Shown piece by piece: positions 1-15,159 of a DNA stretch of 64,000 nt. Location: contig OZ024740.1 in assembly GCA_964016885.1 (NCBI GenBank), positions 395,808,001 to 395,872,000 of the forward strand. The letters run 5' to 3'. Position numbers and translations under genes: made by a program. Origin of the DNA: Eledone cirrhosa. Taxonomy: Eukaryota. The notes under the pieces were generated by a model. It did no database searches. It worked only from the letters and a program-made list of their open reading frames with translations, and was not told where the DNA came from. Within the stretch, counting starts at the first letter, position 1. Each line of letters starts with the position of its first letter.

Positions 1-832
1 GGTTCTATAAAAGCAGCCAGTAGCCAATCCTTCTTCACCTTCCATAGAATACCACTCATTGGAATTCTATCTTTACCAGCATCATTCTTGAAGATCTTCA
101 TATTGATGAGCAGGCATATCAATCTCACTAGCTTTGGAAAACCTGCTTCAAACATCATTGGTACTGTTCCTTCATTTAATGGCCTAAACCATTAAAAACC
201 ATTAAAAAAATAAGTGTATGAAGGAACCTCTATGAGGCCACTCGAAGTAGAAATAGCCAAAACTGCAAAAAAATATCACCTTACCATCTGCCTGACCATA
301 TATCATTTCTGTCCTTGAGTTAAACACTAACAACATTTTTTTTTTAAATCAAATTAATCAAGTTTTAAAAATAAGAGAAAAACATTTTTATTTACATAAT
401 TTTAAAGTAAATACAAAGTAACAACCATAGTGAGCAACACAAACCAAATGGTTTTTTAAAAATAGAAATAATGTAAATCATAACAAGTGAATCCAATATC
501 AATTTGTACTCAATTTGTTCAGTTACATTGGACATTTCAAACACTACAAGCATAACAAAAAAGGACAATTTTAAGCGTCCATATGCATGTACCATGTAGG
601 GGGGGGGGGCACATGACCATGTACATGTGCAAAAGAAATATGAAAGAATGCAAATATATGCGGAACAAAACAATCATGAATGTTGTGGCATTTCCTCAGT
701 CTTATGTGATATGTGTGTGTGTGTGTGTGTGCACGCACGAGTGTGCATATATGTATGTACATATACATATATTATAAATAATTTCTCAACCTATTTGTAT
801 TCTACCTTTGTATGCTAGGTTTAAAAGCTTAC

Positions 833-861
833 TCTAACATAGGTCTGCTAGTGTTGCTCAT
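833..861 (-). CDS. Candidate short upstream coding exon (MSNTSRPML + GA) of an unknown small gene, unit 1; partner exon 1-183 is truncated by the window edge
   Basis: ATG at 861 and a GTAAGC donor after 833. The phase-2 end matches the AG acceptor at 184-185. Confidence 0.35.
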
Positions 862-930
862 CTTTCAGGCAATATATGTAAATTTTGAATAAATTTTTGA
901 AATGAGAATTATCATCATTTTACACTGATT

Positions 931-1014
931 TATTCAGACTAGTGTCATCATATTCAGACTAGTGTCATCATATTCAGACTAGTGTCATCATATTCAGACT
1001 AGTGTCATCATATT
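931..1014. repeat. 20-bp minisatellite (TATTCAGACTAGTGTCATCA) x4; also at ~8796-8879 and ~16660-16743
   Basis: Four perfect adjacent copies with no spacers. Confidence 0.95.
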
Positions 1015-1405
1015 AGTGATTATAATCACAATGTTTCAATCATTGTATATGCCACCCTTTTCAGGTGCATGTAATAAGACAGTCAAGAGAATAGCGCTAG
1101 AAGATGATTGAAATAATCAGATTAACTTCATTAACCCTCTCTATTGGCCTGCCATAGAATCAAATACTATATGGAAGCTTTTAATTAAGAAAGAGACAAA
1201 AAATTCAATTTAAAGCTCCTACTTTCCATCAAATAATTGCCAAGCTGTATTGGCCTTGACCAACATTGGTGCAGTGGGCAGGAGACTGGCATGCATGATC
1301 AACTGCTGGTCTTCCACAAAAATACCTTGCCTAGGATTGTACCTTGGAGAGAAACTTCTTCGGGGCAAATCCCCTGGTCATTTATGACTGAAAGGGATCT
1401 TTATC

Positions 1406-1457
<52 letters not shown>

Positions 1458-1782
1458 GATTAGCATATATATAGCATATTCAGCAAGCATTTTAAAATTA
1501 TTTTCTTTGTTAAAGTAGAGGTTAGCCTTGTTGTACCTATAACAGGCTTCATACTCATTGTGGGGTTCTTTTGGAGGCGATGATTTATGGTTGAATGCAC
1601 CAACCCTTTTAGTCCCTAAACCAGATACACACATACATATATTATATATGATTACACACATACATTATATATGTGTATATGTATTATTCTATATGTAATT
1701 AATAATAAAGAATGATTAACTAGCTAATAATTATATATATATATATATTATACATATATTTTATGTACTTCTATATATGATT

Positions 1783-1863
<81 letters not shown>

Positions 1864-3465
1864 TAAATAAATGAATGTACTACTTTAGTAACCAAGATTT
1901 GTATAATGTTTATCACAAACAGCATCATATACTATTTATGCTCCAGCCATATAAAACTGTTATAGAATTTCTTCACAACTTATGAGCAGCATCTGTATCT
2001 ACCAATATGCAAATTCCAGCTAATAAGCTTCAAAATATTTACAAAAAGATCTTATAAATATAGCACAAATATTAGAAATCTACCTTATATTTTGATATTT
2101 ACTTCATAACTTTATACAGAAAAATAGCCATTTGGATCTAAGAGAGCTATTAATTGATTTTGTATTTGTTTGTTTTTTGTGTTTTTTGTTTTGTTTTTTT
2201 GTAATTCAATTTCAAATTCTGATTCTTTAAATTAATGTTCCTTATAGTTACAATATCTTTAATTTTCCATGATTTTTCTCGTGTATAGCATAATCCCCAT
2301 TCATTTTCCTCCAGTGAGTGGAGAGATATTCCAGTTACAGGGAAAATATTGAATGTGATCATTTTAAATTATTTATTTTTAGTATGAGTTGTTTTTAAAA
2401 AAAATTGTTTGAAAGGATTGTCTCTTCGAAATATTAACAATATTATCACATATACTTGCATCAATAGTTTTCCTTTGAACAACAATAGATAAACTGACAT
2501 ACTAAGTATCTCACATTATTAGATTTATTTAGTTTCACTGAATCCAGAGTATTTTTAGTCTATATGCCATATATATAATGCTATAGAACATCACAAATAG
2601 AAAAAATAATAATAAATAATCCGATTAGTAAGGTACTATATGTGAAACTTTACAGCATTTCTCATAAATCTATCATGGAATGATACTTGATTTTAACTTT
2701 AAAAGTTGTTTCTCTTGAAATATAAGACAGTGACTATCAGTAATATATACTAGTAAATTATTCTAAACTATTCAAACCACAGAGCGCACAGCTATATGGT
2801 CATTCAACCTGCTAGATATAGCAAGCAAATCTCCCTCAAATCATACTCTACCATGTTAAAATGGAAAAAGTATCCATGATAATATGGTCCTTGAAACACT
2901 ATATCTTAAAAACAGGATCATCCTGGCTTGAACATTATAAGTCAATCAGGGATAATCAACAACAATAACATATATTAGTAAATATCAATATTAATGAGTG
3001 AGCATATTGAAAGATTCTTGGTTTCAAGTTAGCATTGCACTACCATAAACCCTCACCAATATTATCAATAGTTTTGTGTAAGGAAAGACAAAGGTTACCT
3101 AGAATTGAAGATAAAAAAAAAAAGTTTGAAAATGGAAGCAAAATACATATTCCCTTAAAAACTGCAAGTACCATCACCCTCCCCACCTCAGCATATAACT
3201 CTCACAGATGAGACAGAATCAAATGTATTACTATAAGCTATCCTTTTGTATTACAAGGTGGGAATGAAATAAAGGAAATTCTGTGCAGATTGAAGATATG
3301 ATAAACTTATATACAAGCAGATAGTTTCAGGAAAGAAAAAACATCTGCATCTGTGTTCATAAAGAAAACAATTTTTTTATACATATAAAACCTACCCTTA
3401 AAATCGTGTACACATTCACATATAGATATATATATTAGATACATGTGATTCTGTGTTTATTGTGC

Positions 3466-3516
<51 letters not shown>

Positions 3517-4879
3517 CACACATATATATATATATATATATAAACATACATATATATGTAAACAAACGTGTATAAACATACTCTTAAGCCTTCGCATACA
3601 CTCAAACAAGATCTTTGTATCATTTATTGATCCAATATTTAGCTTCTTCCAAGCTTTGACATCACTAATAGGGTAGAGTGCAGAGAAAACTGAGCAATTG
3701 GGTGGTTGTCAAACCAATAAATTTGTAATATATTATTAATAACATAAATGTTTACTTAATAATTAGCATCAAAGTTGGGTGATATTGTATCATAATAAAC
3801 AAATTGAGCAAGAGTTTGGGGTTATTTTTAATCTAAATTGAGCAGATAATTGAGCAAAAACAGGCTTATTGGGTTTTTTTTTAGAACAGATAAGCTATAG
3901 AGCAGAACAATACAGATACTACTCATGTATCTATATAACATTTGTTTTCCTTATACACATACTCCTTCACAGGGCCTCCAAGAGAAATTTTGCAAGGCGG
4001 TACAAGAGCCCTTTGGGGCCCCGAAGCAGACAAAGATTTTTCTCAAAATGGATGTTGCACCACTATGAGCAAGGCATGGCTCAGCCAACCAAACCAAACC
4101 TTTCTCATAATGGGATCACCCAGCCCCCAGGATATGGTTCCTCTGTGAGCAGGGTATGGCACGGCTATATGGCCAGAGTTGTCTCATAACAGGACCACCC
4201 AGTTCCATACTGTAAACATGATTGGTGTTAGGAAAGGCAGCCAGCTGTAAAAGTTCCAGCCAAAATACAGTTCTGTTTGAGCAAGGTATGGCATGCCCAA
4301 TTAGCCAGACTTGTCTCATAATGGCATCACCCAGTTCCACACTGTAAACATGGCTAGTGGTAGGAAGAGCATCCTGCAGCTGTAAAAACCCATCCTATAC
4401 ACAGCCCCACTACAAGCAAGGCTTTGTGTGGCCAAATGGCTGGACCTCCCTCATAATGGGACCACCCAGCTGCCAAATTACAGTTCTAGTGTGAGCAGGG
4501 TATGGCTCGTTCAACTGGCCAGACCATTCTTATAACAGAAAAGAAAGACATGGAAGCCGAAAGAACCCTCAGCTAGCAACAGATTCAGTTGTATTTGAGA
4601 CATATGACAGGCAGGATGAGGAGGAATTCCAACACAGCAACCTGCTGATAGCCATGGATCATGTTTGTAATTCCCAGCACATTGTAAAATGACATGACAA
4701 GGTAGCTTGAGCCATAGAAGCAAAGAGATGAGCCTAGAAAGATCAAAAAGATGGAGCTAAAAGACAGACTAGGCACCAAAATTCTTAGCAAAAGGAGAAG
4801 CAGAACACAAGTTTATGTATGTTTTACAGTATGAATATCAGAGGTATGAGGTGTTCTGGATGGCAAGACAGTGTGCTAG

Positions 4880-6300
4880 AAAAATTCAAGACATTGTTGG
4901 AGAAAAGTGTTTGAAATGATAGTGATGTACTTGCTCTTATTGATGTCAAGAAGGAAGATGCATGGCAGGTTTATTAAAATAGATTGTTGAACAAAGAGAA
5001 TGAATGGTATATTGAGGGTTTATTCTAAACAGACCTAATGGAGGGACTAGCCATCGACAGCATTTTGGTAGACAAAGGAATTCAGGACATGAAGGTAAGG
5101 AAGGTTGCTTTGCCTTCTGGCATGATTGCCTAGATGCTAAAATCATTCGGCATGGTAGGTTACAAGCTAGTCAGGTGTATAATCAATCAACTCGTACAGG
5201 AAGGTGTCATACCCAATGACTGGCACAGCAATATTACAGGCAAAGGAGCTATTAGAGAGAAAAAGCTACAGAGGTTGATGGATCAGATTATGAAAGATAC
5301 TGAAAGAATTATAGTGCAACTAATTGGGGACAGAATTAAGCAAGATTATGTAGAGTTACTACCAATGCCCTCATCCTTGTAAGGAAACTGCAGAAGTACT
5401 TAGCTAAGAATAAGTCTCTGTATCAATCATTTATGGATCTGGAGAAGGCCTTTAACAAGGTCCCCCACTCTATAATCTAGTCAGCACTAAGGAAGCTAGG
5501 TGTATATAAATAGTTCGTGAGGGTGAACCAACCATGTATAGAAGTGCAACATTGCAAGGGGAAAGTTAATATTGAATACATCAACAAATTTAGAGTGCAT
5601 GTGAGTGTCCATGAAGTTTCAGTTCTCATTGTTCTACAGGCCATAACAGAGACGTTTAAGGCTGAGTATTCTTGGAAATTTCTATAAGCTAATGACCTAG
5701 TTCTTATTACTGCATCTGTAGAAAAGTTAGGAGCAAAATTCCAGATATAGAAGCAAAACCTAGAATTAAATGGCCTAAAAGTAAATTTAGCTAAGAGTAA
5801 AGTCTTAATAAATAAGAAAAAAGGCAAGAAATGGCCTTTTCGATATGCCAAAAATGGGTAGGCAGATATTCCATAAAAGTGCACATGGTGTGACTTATGG
5901 GCACACAAGAAATGTAGTGTGATTCCAGACAGGTTAAGGAAGATGGTAGACTTTGTATGCCATAGAAGAAATAAGTACTAAGAGCACATGTGAAACAAAT
6001 TTCCTTAATTGTGCAGACCTTTCCCTAGAGGTTGTTGACAACTTCTGTTACCAAGGTGACCTAATCAGCAGTGAGATGGTATGTTCAGAAAGCATAAGAA
6101 CCAGAGTAAGAATAGGCTGAAAGAAATTTAGGGAGCTTCTACCTCTGATAATAACAAAGGGCTTCTCTTTTCTGAAGAGTAGATTGTGGTGTTACATGGC
6201 AGTGAGACATGAACCTTCTCTGAACAAGATTGGCAAAAGGCTAGAAAGAAATGAAGCAAATATGCTCTGGTGGATGCATAATGTTAGCATGCATGAATAA
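4880..6300 (+). mobile_element. Heavily decayed RTE-clade LINE fragment (unit 1)
   Basis: Broken peptides MLKSFGMVGYKLVRCIINQLVQEGVIPNDW, DLEKAFNKVP, LHGSET and RLERNEANMLWWM parallel the RTE at 30.6-33.7 kb. Confidence 0.85.
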
Positions 6301-7027
6301 GGTCTATAAAGTCCTGTTTCAAATTATAGTGTTACATCTGTTTTAAAATTACTATGAATTATAATGGAGAAATCATAATTCTTAAAAAACTATATGTAAT
6401 CTTCTTTATTTTCTCCAGGCTAGGGTGACTAGTATTCTTATGAGTAAACAAAGCATCAACAAAAAAAAAATAGGCACAGGTTATTTTACTCAGCCATACC
6501 CAGATATATACACACCTGCAAACATGTGTCTACACACACATGTGAGCTATTGGCTTGTAACTCATATAAGGAACTGGTTATGCCACTCTCTGACAATTTC
6601 TTAAATAGAAGAAATAGAACTAGTTTTGCAAGGGTTACTTTTTAATAAATTAATGTAACTTCTCTATTTGTTGTATTGAATAACTTAATTTTCATGTAGT
6701 TCTTTTCAGTTTTTAATTAAATACCTTCCAATAAGTGTGTGCATCTATGTGTATATATACATAAGACACATACAAACACAAAACACAACAGAAAATTCTG
6801 AAATTAGTGAAAGATATGTGGGTACGGTGCAAGGTTGTTTTAAAAAACAGTAATGCCCAGGTCACGTTCACAAGAAAACTTCTTGATATTAGTGTTGTGG
6901 AGGGAGTATGTGGATGCTGGGTTTTTACTCCCAAAATGCATGGTGGTACACTTATCCACAGCCAGCTTCAGTTGCCAGTCCGTGATCCATTGTTGCATTG
7001 TGTCCAGGTCAGATTGCAGGCAATTAA

Positions 7028-7296
7028 CCCTTTAGCATTTACATTACTCTATATTTACTATTATATTTTCACAGTAAAGGCTTACCTCACATAGTTATCT
7101 CACATAGTATCAAATCTATGAGATTTTGATATTATTTATTTTGAGAACAATACCTTAACATCGGTATGACCAGCCAATTACAGCTAGTTTGAACAGAAAG
7201 AGATGAGATAAGAGAATTCTGGCTGGTTATTGCTAGTTTGAACAGAAAGAGGTGAGATAATTCAGGCCAGTTATGGGTGGTTTAAATGCTAAAGGG
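7028..7296. mobile_element. piggyBac-type MITE (unit 1)
   Basis: TIRs CCCTTTAGCATTTA / TAAATGCTAAAGGG, flanked by TTAA on both sides. Confidence 0.85.
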
Positions 7297-7828
7297 TTAA
7301 ACAATTCCTGTGAGCACTAATGTTGTCAGTTTAGATTTTAATGAAGTAGATTAGAGTTAGCTTTTGAAAAATAGCTGCTCCCATTAAGACAACCATTGGT
7401 TGATGTCATACACTTATATGTAAAAATAGGGAGTATATTATTGCTGTTGGATAAGTTTCTTGAATTAAAATTAGTGATAGAAGAATGGCAGAAGAAAGAA
7501 AGGGAAGAGAATTGAAAAGAGGGCAGAAGGTAGACAGGCAAGTAAATAAATACTATAGTGGGAGCACCTGGAGAACTGCTGAGATTTTGAATTCACTGTA
7601 ATGTCAACACTAGTTGAATTCCTTTTGTAGGAAGAATTATTTGCAAAATCTACCATTCTACCTACCAGATGGTAATGCAGCATTTACCTCACATCCACTT
7701 AACATGAACAAATCTATCTACCCTATGAATTGCTTTGTGATTTAGAAAGGGGTGAATTACTTAAAAAGATATGTTTGTTTATTTTATTATAGAAAATAAT
7801 TGCACCTCTAATCCACCTACTTGAGACA

Positions 7829-8726
7829 TCAATCTCTCCTCTTTACCCCTACTGTGTTTCTCAAAGGTTCTATAAAAGCAGCCAGTAGCCAATCCTTCTT
7901 CACCTTCCATAGAATACCACTCATTGGAATTCTATCTTTACCAGCATCATTCTTGAAGATCTTCATATTGATGAGCAGGCATATCAATCTCACTAGCTTT
8001 GGAAAACCTGCTTCAAACATCATTGGTACTGTTCCTTCATTTAATGGCCTAAACCATTAAAAACCATTAAAAAAATAAGTGTATGAAGGAACCTCTATGA
8101 GGCCACTCGAAGTAGAAATAGCCAAAACTGCAAAAAAATATCACCTTACCATCTGCCTGACCATATATCATTTCTGTCCTTGAGTTAAACACTAACAACA
8201 TTTTTTTTTTAAATCAAATTAATCAAGTTTTAAAAATAAGAGAAAAACATTTTTATTTACATAATTTTAAAGTAAATACAAAGTAACAACCATAGTGAGC
8301 AACACAAACCAAATGGTTTTTTAAAAATAGAAATAATGTAAATCATAACAAGTGAATCCAATATCAATTTGTACTCAATTTGTTCAGTTACATTGGACAT
8401 TTCAAACACTACAAGCATAACAAAAAAGGACAATTTTAAGCGTCCATATGCATGTACCATGTAGGGGGGGGGGGCACATGACCATGTACATGTGCAAAAG
8501 AAATATGAAAGAATGCAAATATATGCGGAACAAAACAATCATGAATGTTGTGGCATTTCCTCAGTCTTATGTGATATGTGTGTGTGTGTGTGTGTGCACG
8601 CACGAGTGTGCATATATGTATGTACATATACATATATTATAAATAATTTCTCAACCTATTTGTATTCTACCTTTGTATGCTAGGTTTAAAAGCTTACTCT
8701 AACATAGGTCTGCTAGTGTTGCTCAT
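7829..8726 (-). CDS. Candidate two-exon ORF join(8726..8698, 8048..7829), 82 aa, unknown product
   Basis: T-rich AG acceptor at 8049-8050, then a 220-nt open frame PLNEGTVPMMFEAGFPKLVRLICLL...VKRRD*. The upstream GTAAGC donor is phase-compatible. No family recognised. Confidence 0.45.
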
Positions 8727-9270
8727 CTTTCAGGCAATATATGTAAATTTTGAATAAATTTTTGAAATGAGAATTATCATCATTTTACACTGATTTATTC
8801 AGACTAGTGTCATCATATTCAGACTAGTGTCATCATATTCAGACTAGTGTCATCATATTCAGACTAGTGTCATCATATTAGTGATTATAATCACAATGTT
8901 TCAATCATTGTATATGCCACCCTTTTCAGGTGCATGTAATAAGACAGTCAAGAGAATAGCGCTAGAAGATGATTGAAATAATCAGATTAACTTCATTAAC
9001 CCTCTCTATTGGCCTGCCATAGAATCAAATACTATATGGAAGCTTTTAATTAAGAAAGAGACAAAAAATTCAATTTAAAGCTCCTACTTTCCATCAAATA
9101 ATTGCCAAGCTGTATTGGCCTTGACCAACATTGGTGCAGTGGGCAGGAGACTGGCATGCATGATCAACTGCTGGTCTTCCACAAAAATACCTTGCCTAGG
9201 ATTGTACCTTGGAGAGAAACTTCTTCGGGGCAAATCCCCTGGTCATTTATGACTGAAAGGGATCTTTATC

Positions 9271-9320
<50 letters not shown>

Positions 9321-9645
9321 GATTAGCATATATATAGCATATTCAGCAAGCATTTTAAAATTATTTTCTTTGTTAAAGTAGAGGTTAGCCTTGTTGTACC
9401 CATAACAGGCTTCATACTCATTGTGGGGTTCTTTTGGAGGCGATGATTTATGGTTGAATGCACCAACCCTTTTAGTCCCTAAACCAGATACACACATACA
9501 TATATTATATATGATTACACACATACATTATATATGTGTATATGTATTATTCTATATGTAATTAATAATAAAGAATGATTAACTAGCTAATAATTATATA
9601 TATATATATATTATACATATATTTTATGTACTTCTATATATGATT

Positions 9646-9728
<83 letters not shown>

Positions 9729-11330
9729 TAAATAAATGAATGTACTACTTTAGTAACCAAGATTTGTATAATGTTTATCACAAACAGCATCATATACTAT
9801 TTATGCTCCAGCCATATAAAACTGTTATAGAATTTCTTCACAACTTATGAGCAGCATCTGTATCTACCAATATGCAAATTCCAGCTAATAAGCTTCAAAA
9901 TATTTACAAAAAGATCTTATAAATATAGCACAAATATTAGAAATCTACCTTATATTTTGATATTTACTTCATAACTTTATACAGAAAAATAGCCATTTGG
10001 ATCTAAGAGAGCTATTAATTGATTTTGTATTTGTTTGTTTTTTGTGTTTTTTGTTTTGTTTTTTTGTAATTCAATTTCAAATTCTGATTCTTTAAATTAA
10101 TGTTCCTTATAGTTACAATATCTTTAATTTTCCATGATTTTTCTCGTGTATAGCATAATCCCCATTCATTTTCCTCCAGTGAGTGGAGAGATATTCCAGT
10201 TACAGGGAAAATATTGAATGTGATCATTTTAAATTATTTATTTTTAGTATGAGTTGTTTTTAAAAAAAATTGTTTGAAAGGATTGTCTCTTCGAAATATT
10301 AACAATATTATCACATATACTTGCATCAATAGTTTTCCTTTGAACAACAATAGATAAACTGACATACTAAGTATCTCACATTATTAGATTTATTTAGTTT
10401 CACTGAATCCAGAGTATTTTTAGTCTATATGCCATATATATAATGCTATAGAACATCACAAATAGAAAAAATAATAATAAATAATCCGATTAGTAAGGTA
10501 CTATATGTGAAACTTTACAGCATTTCTCATAAATCTATCATGGAATGATACTTGATTTTAACTTTAAAAGTTGTTTCTCTTGAAATATAAGACAGTGACT
10601 ATCAGTAATATATACTAGTAAATTATTCTAAACTATTCAAACCACAGAGCGCACAGCTATATGGTCATTCAACCTGCTAGATATAGCAAGCAAATCTCCC
10701 TCAAATCATACTCTACCATGTTAAAATGGAAAAAGTATCCATGATAATATGGTCCTTGAAACACTATATCTTAAAAACAGGATCATCCTGGCTTGAACAT
10801 TATAAGTCAATCAGGGATAATCAACAACAATAACATATATTAGTAAATATCAATATTAATGAGTGAGCATATTGAAAGATTCTTGGTTTCAAGTTAGCAT
10901 TGCACTACCATAAACCCTCACCAATATTATCAATAGTTTTGTGTAAGGAAAGACAAAGGTTACCTAGAATTGAAGATAAAAAAAAAAAGTTTGAAAATGG
11001 AAGCAAAATACATATTCCCTTAAAAACTGCAAGTACCATCACCCTCCCCACCTCAGCATATAACTCTCACAGATGAGACAGAATCAAATGTATTACTATA
11101 AGCTATCCTTTTGTATTACAAGGTGGGAATGAAATAAAGGAAATTCTGTGCAGATTGAAGATATGATAAACTTATATACAAGCAGATAGTTTCAGGAAAG
11201 AAAAAACATCTGCATCTGTGTTCATAAAGAAAACAATTTTTTTATACATATAAAACCTACCCTTAAAATCGTGTACACATTCACATATAGATATATATAT
11301 TAGATACATGTGATTCTGTGTTTATTGTGC

Positions 11331-11381
<51 letters not shown>

Positions 11382-12742
11382 CACACATATATATATATAT
11401 ATATAAACATACATATATATGTAAACAAACGTGTATAAACATACTCTTAAGCCTTCGCATACACTCAAACAAGATCTTTGTATCATTTATTGATCCAATA
11501 TTTAGCTTCTTCCAAGCTTTGACATCACTAATAGGGTAGAGTGCAGAGAAAACTGAGCAATTGGGTGGTTGTCAAACCAATAAATTTGTAATATATTATT
11601 AATAACATAAATGTTTACTTAATAATTAGCATCAAAGTTGGGTGATATTGTATCATAATAAACAAATTGAGCAAGAGTTTGGGGTTATTTTTAATCTAAA
11701 TTGAGCAGATAATTGAGCAAAAACAGGCTTATTGGGTTTTTTTTTAGAACAGATAAGCTATAGAGCAGAACAATACAGATACTACTCATGTATCTATATA
11801 ACATTTGTTTTCCTTATACACATACTCCTTCACAGGGCCTCCAAGAGAAATTTTGCAAGGCGGTACAAGAGCCCTTTGGGGCCCCGAAGCAGACAAAGAT
11901 TTTTCTCAAAATGGATGTTGCACCACTATGAGCAAGGCATGGCTCAGCCAACCAAACCAAACCTTTCTCATAATGGGATCACCCAGCCCCCAGGATATGG
12001 TTCCTCTGTGAGCAGGGTATGGCACGGCTATATGGCCAGAGTTGTCTCATAACAGGACCACCCAGTTCCATACTGTAAACATGATTGGTGTTAGGAAAGG
12101 CAGCCAGCTGTAAAAGTTCCAGCCAAAATACAGTTCTGTTTGAGCAAGGTATGGCATGCCCAATTAGCCAGACTTGTCTCATAATGGCATCACCCAGTTC
12201 CACACTGTAAACATGGCTAGTGGTAGGAAGAGCATCCTGCAGCTGTAAAAACCCATCCTATACACAGCCCCACTACAAGCAAGGCTTTGTGTGGCCAAAT
12301 GGCTGGACCTCCCTCATAATGGGACCACCCAGCTGCCAAATTACAGTTCTAGTGTGAGCAGGGTATGGCTCGTTCAACTGGCCAGACCATTCTTATAACA
12401 GAAAAGAAAGACATGGAAGCCGAAAGAACCCTCAGCTAGCAACAGATTCAGTTGTATTTGAGACATATGACAGGCAGGATGAGGAGGAATTCCAACACAG
12501 CAACCTGCTGATAGCCATGGATCATGTTTGTAATTCCCAGCACATTGTAAAATGACATGACAAGGTAGCTTGAGCCATAGAAGCAAAGAGATGAGCCTAG
12601 AAAGATCAAAAAGATGGAGCTAAAAGACAGACTAGGCACCAAAATTCTTAGCAAAAGGAGAAGCAGAACACAAGTTTATGTATGTTTTACAGTATGAATA
12701 TCAGAGGTATGAGGTGTTCTGGATGGCAAGACAGTGTGCTAG

Positions 12743-14163
12743 AAAAATTCAAGACATTGTTGGAGAAAAGTGTTTGAAATGATAGTGATGTACTTGCTCT
12801 TATTGATGTCAAGAAGGAAGATGCATGGCAGGTTTATTAAAATAGATTGTTGAACAAAGAGAATGAATGGTATATTGAGGGTTTATTCTAAACAGACCTA
12901 ATGGAGGGACTAGCCATCGACAGCATTTTGGTAGACAAAGGAATTCAGGACATGAAGGTAAGGAAGGTTGCTTTGCCTTCTGGCATGATTGCCTAGATGC
13001 TAAAATCATTCGGCATGGTAGGTTACAAGCTAGTCAGGTGTATAATCAATCAACTCGTACAGGAAGGTGTCATACCCAATGACTGGCACAGCAATATTAC
13101 AGGCAAAGGAGCTATTAGAGAGAAAAAGCTACAGAGGTTGATGGATCAGATTATGAAAGATACTGAAAGAATTATAGTGCAACTAATTGGGGACAGAATT
13201 AAGCAAGATTATGTAGAGTTACTACCAATGCCCTCATCCTTGTAAGGAAACTGCAGAAGTACTTAGCTAAGAATAAGTCTCTGTATCAATCATTTATGGA
13301 TCTGGAGAAGGCCTTTAACAAGGTCCCCCACTCTATAATCTAGTCAGCACTAAGGAAGCTAGGTGTATATAAATAGTTCGTGAGGGTGAACCAACCATGT
13401 ATAGAAGTGCAACATTGCAAGGGGAAAGTTAATATTGAATACATCAACAAATTTAGAGTGCATGTGAGTGTCCATGAAGTTTCAGTTCTCATTGTTCTAC
13501 AGGCCATAACAGAGACGTTTAAGGCTGAGTATTCTTGGAAATTTCTATAAGCTAATGACCTAGTTCTTATTACTGCATCTGTAGAAAAGTTAGGAGCAAA
13601 ATTCCAGATATAGAAGCAAAACCTAGAATTAAATGGCCTAAAAGTAAATTTAGCTAAGAGTAAAGTCTTAATAAATAAGAAAAAAGGCAAGAAATGGCCT
13701 TTTCGATATGCCAAAAATGGGTAGGCAGATATTCCATAAAAGTGCACATGGTGTGACTTATGGGCACACAAGAAATGTAGTGTGATTCCAGACAGGTTAA
13801 GGAAGATGGTAGACTTTGTATGCCATAGAAGAAATAAGTACTAAGAGCACATGTGAAACAAATTTCCTTAATTGTGCAGACCTTTCCCTAGAGGTTGTTG
13901 ACAACTTCTGTTACCAAGGTGACCTAATCAGCAGTGAGATGGTATGTTCAGAAAGCATAAGAACCAGAGTAAGAATAGGCTGAAAGAAATTTAGGGAGCT
14001 TCTACCTCTGATAATAACAAAGGGCTTCTCTTTTCTGAAGAGTAGATTGTGGTGTTACATGGCAGTGAGACATGAACCTTCTCTGAACAAGATTGGCAAA
14101 AGGCTAGAAAGAAATGAAGCAAATATGCTCTGGTGGATGCATAATGTTAGCATGCATGAATAA
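12743..14163 (+). mobile_element. Heavily decayed RTE-clade LINE fragment (unit 2)
   Basis: Duplicate of 4880-6300. Confidence 0.85.
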
Positions 14164-14890
14164 GGTCTATAAAGTCCTGTTTCAAATTATAGTGTTACAT
14201 CTGTTTTAAAATTACTATGAATTATAATGGAGAAATCATAATTCTTAAAAAACTATATGTAATCTTCTTTATTTTCTCCAGGCTAGGGTGACTAGTATTC
14301 TTATGAGTAAACAAAGCATCAACAAAAAAAAAATAGGCACAGGTTATTTTACTCAGCCATACCCAGATATATACACACCTGCAAACATGTGTCTACACAC
14401 ACATGTGAGCTATTGGCTTGTAACTCATATAAGGAACTGGTTATGCCACTCTCTGACAATTTCTTAAATAGAAGAAATAGAACTAGTTTTGCAAGGGTTA
14501 CTTTTTAATAAATTAATGTAACTTCTCTATTTGTTGTATTGAATAACTTAATTTTCATGTAGTTCTTTTCAGTTTTTAATTAAATACCTTCCAATAAGTG
14601 TGTGCATCTATGTGTATATATACATAAGACACATACAAACACAAAACACAACAGAAAATTCTGAAATTAGTGAAAGATATGTGGGTACGGTGCAAGGTTG
14701 TTTTAAAAAACAGTAATGCCCAGGTCACGTTCACAAGAAAACTTCTTGATATTAGTGTTGTGGAGGGAGTATGTGGATGCTGGGTTTTTACTCCCAAAAT
14801 GCATGGTGGTACACTTATCCACAGCCAGCTTCAGTTGCCAGTCCGTGATCCATTGTTGCATTGTGTCCAGGTCAGATTGCAGGCAATTAA

Positions 14891-15159
14891 CCCTTTAGCA
14901 TTTACATTACTCTATATTTACTATTATATTTTCACAGTAAAGGCTTACCTCACATAGTTATCTCACATAGTATCAAATCTATGAGATTTTGATATTATTT
15001 ATTTTGAGAACAATACCTTAACATCGGTATGACCAGCCAATTACAGCTAGTTTGAACAGAAAGAGATGAGATAAGAGAATTCTGGCTGGTTATTGCTAGT
15101 TTGAACAGAAAGAGGTGAGATAATTCAGGCCAGTTATGGGTGGTTTAAATGCTAAAGGG
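14891..15159. mobile_element. piggyBac-type MITE (unit 2)
   Basis: Duplicate of 7028-7296, with TTAA flanks and 14-bp TIRs. Confidence 0.85.

Noticed and set aside
931-1014. CRISPR-like 20-bp direct repeats
   Set aside because: No spacers, no cas genes, eukaryotic context; a plain minisatellite.
2150-2362. 70-aa minus-strand ORF as another exon of the duplicated gene
   Set aside because: No convincing phase-compatible splice sites or recognisable motif, and it runs into low-complexity sequence.
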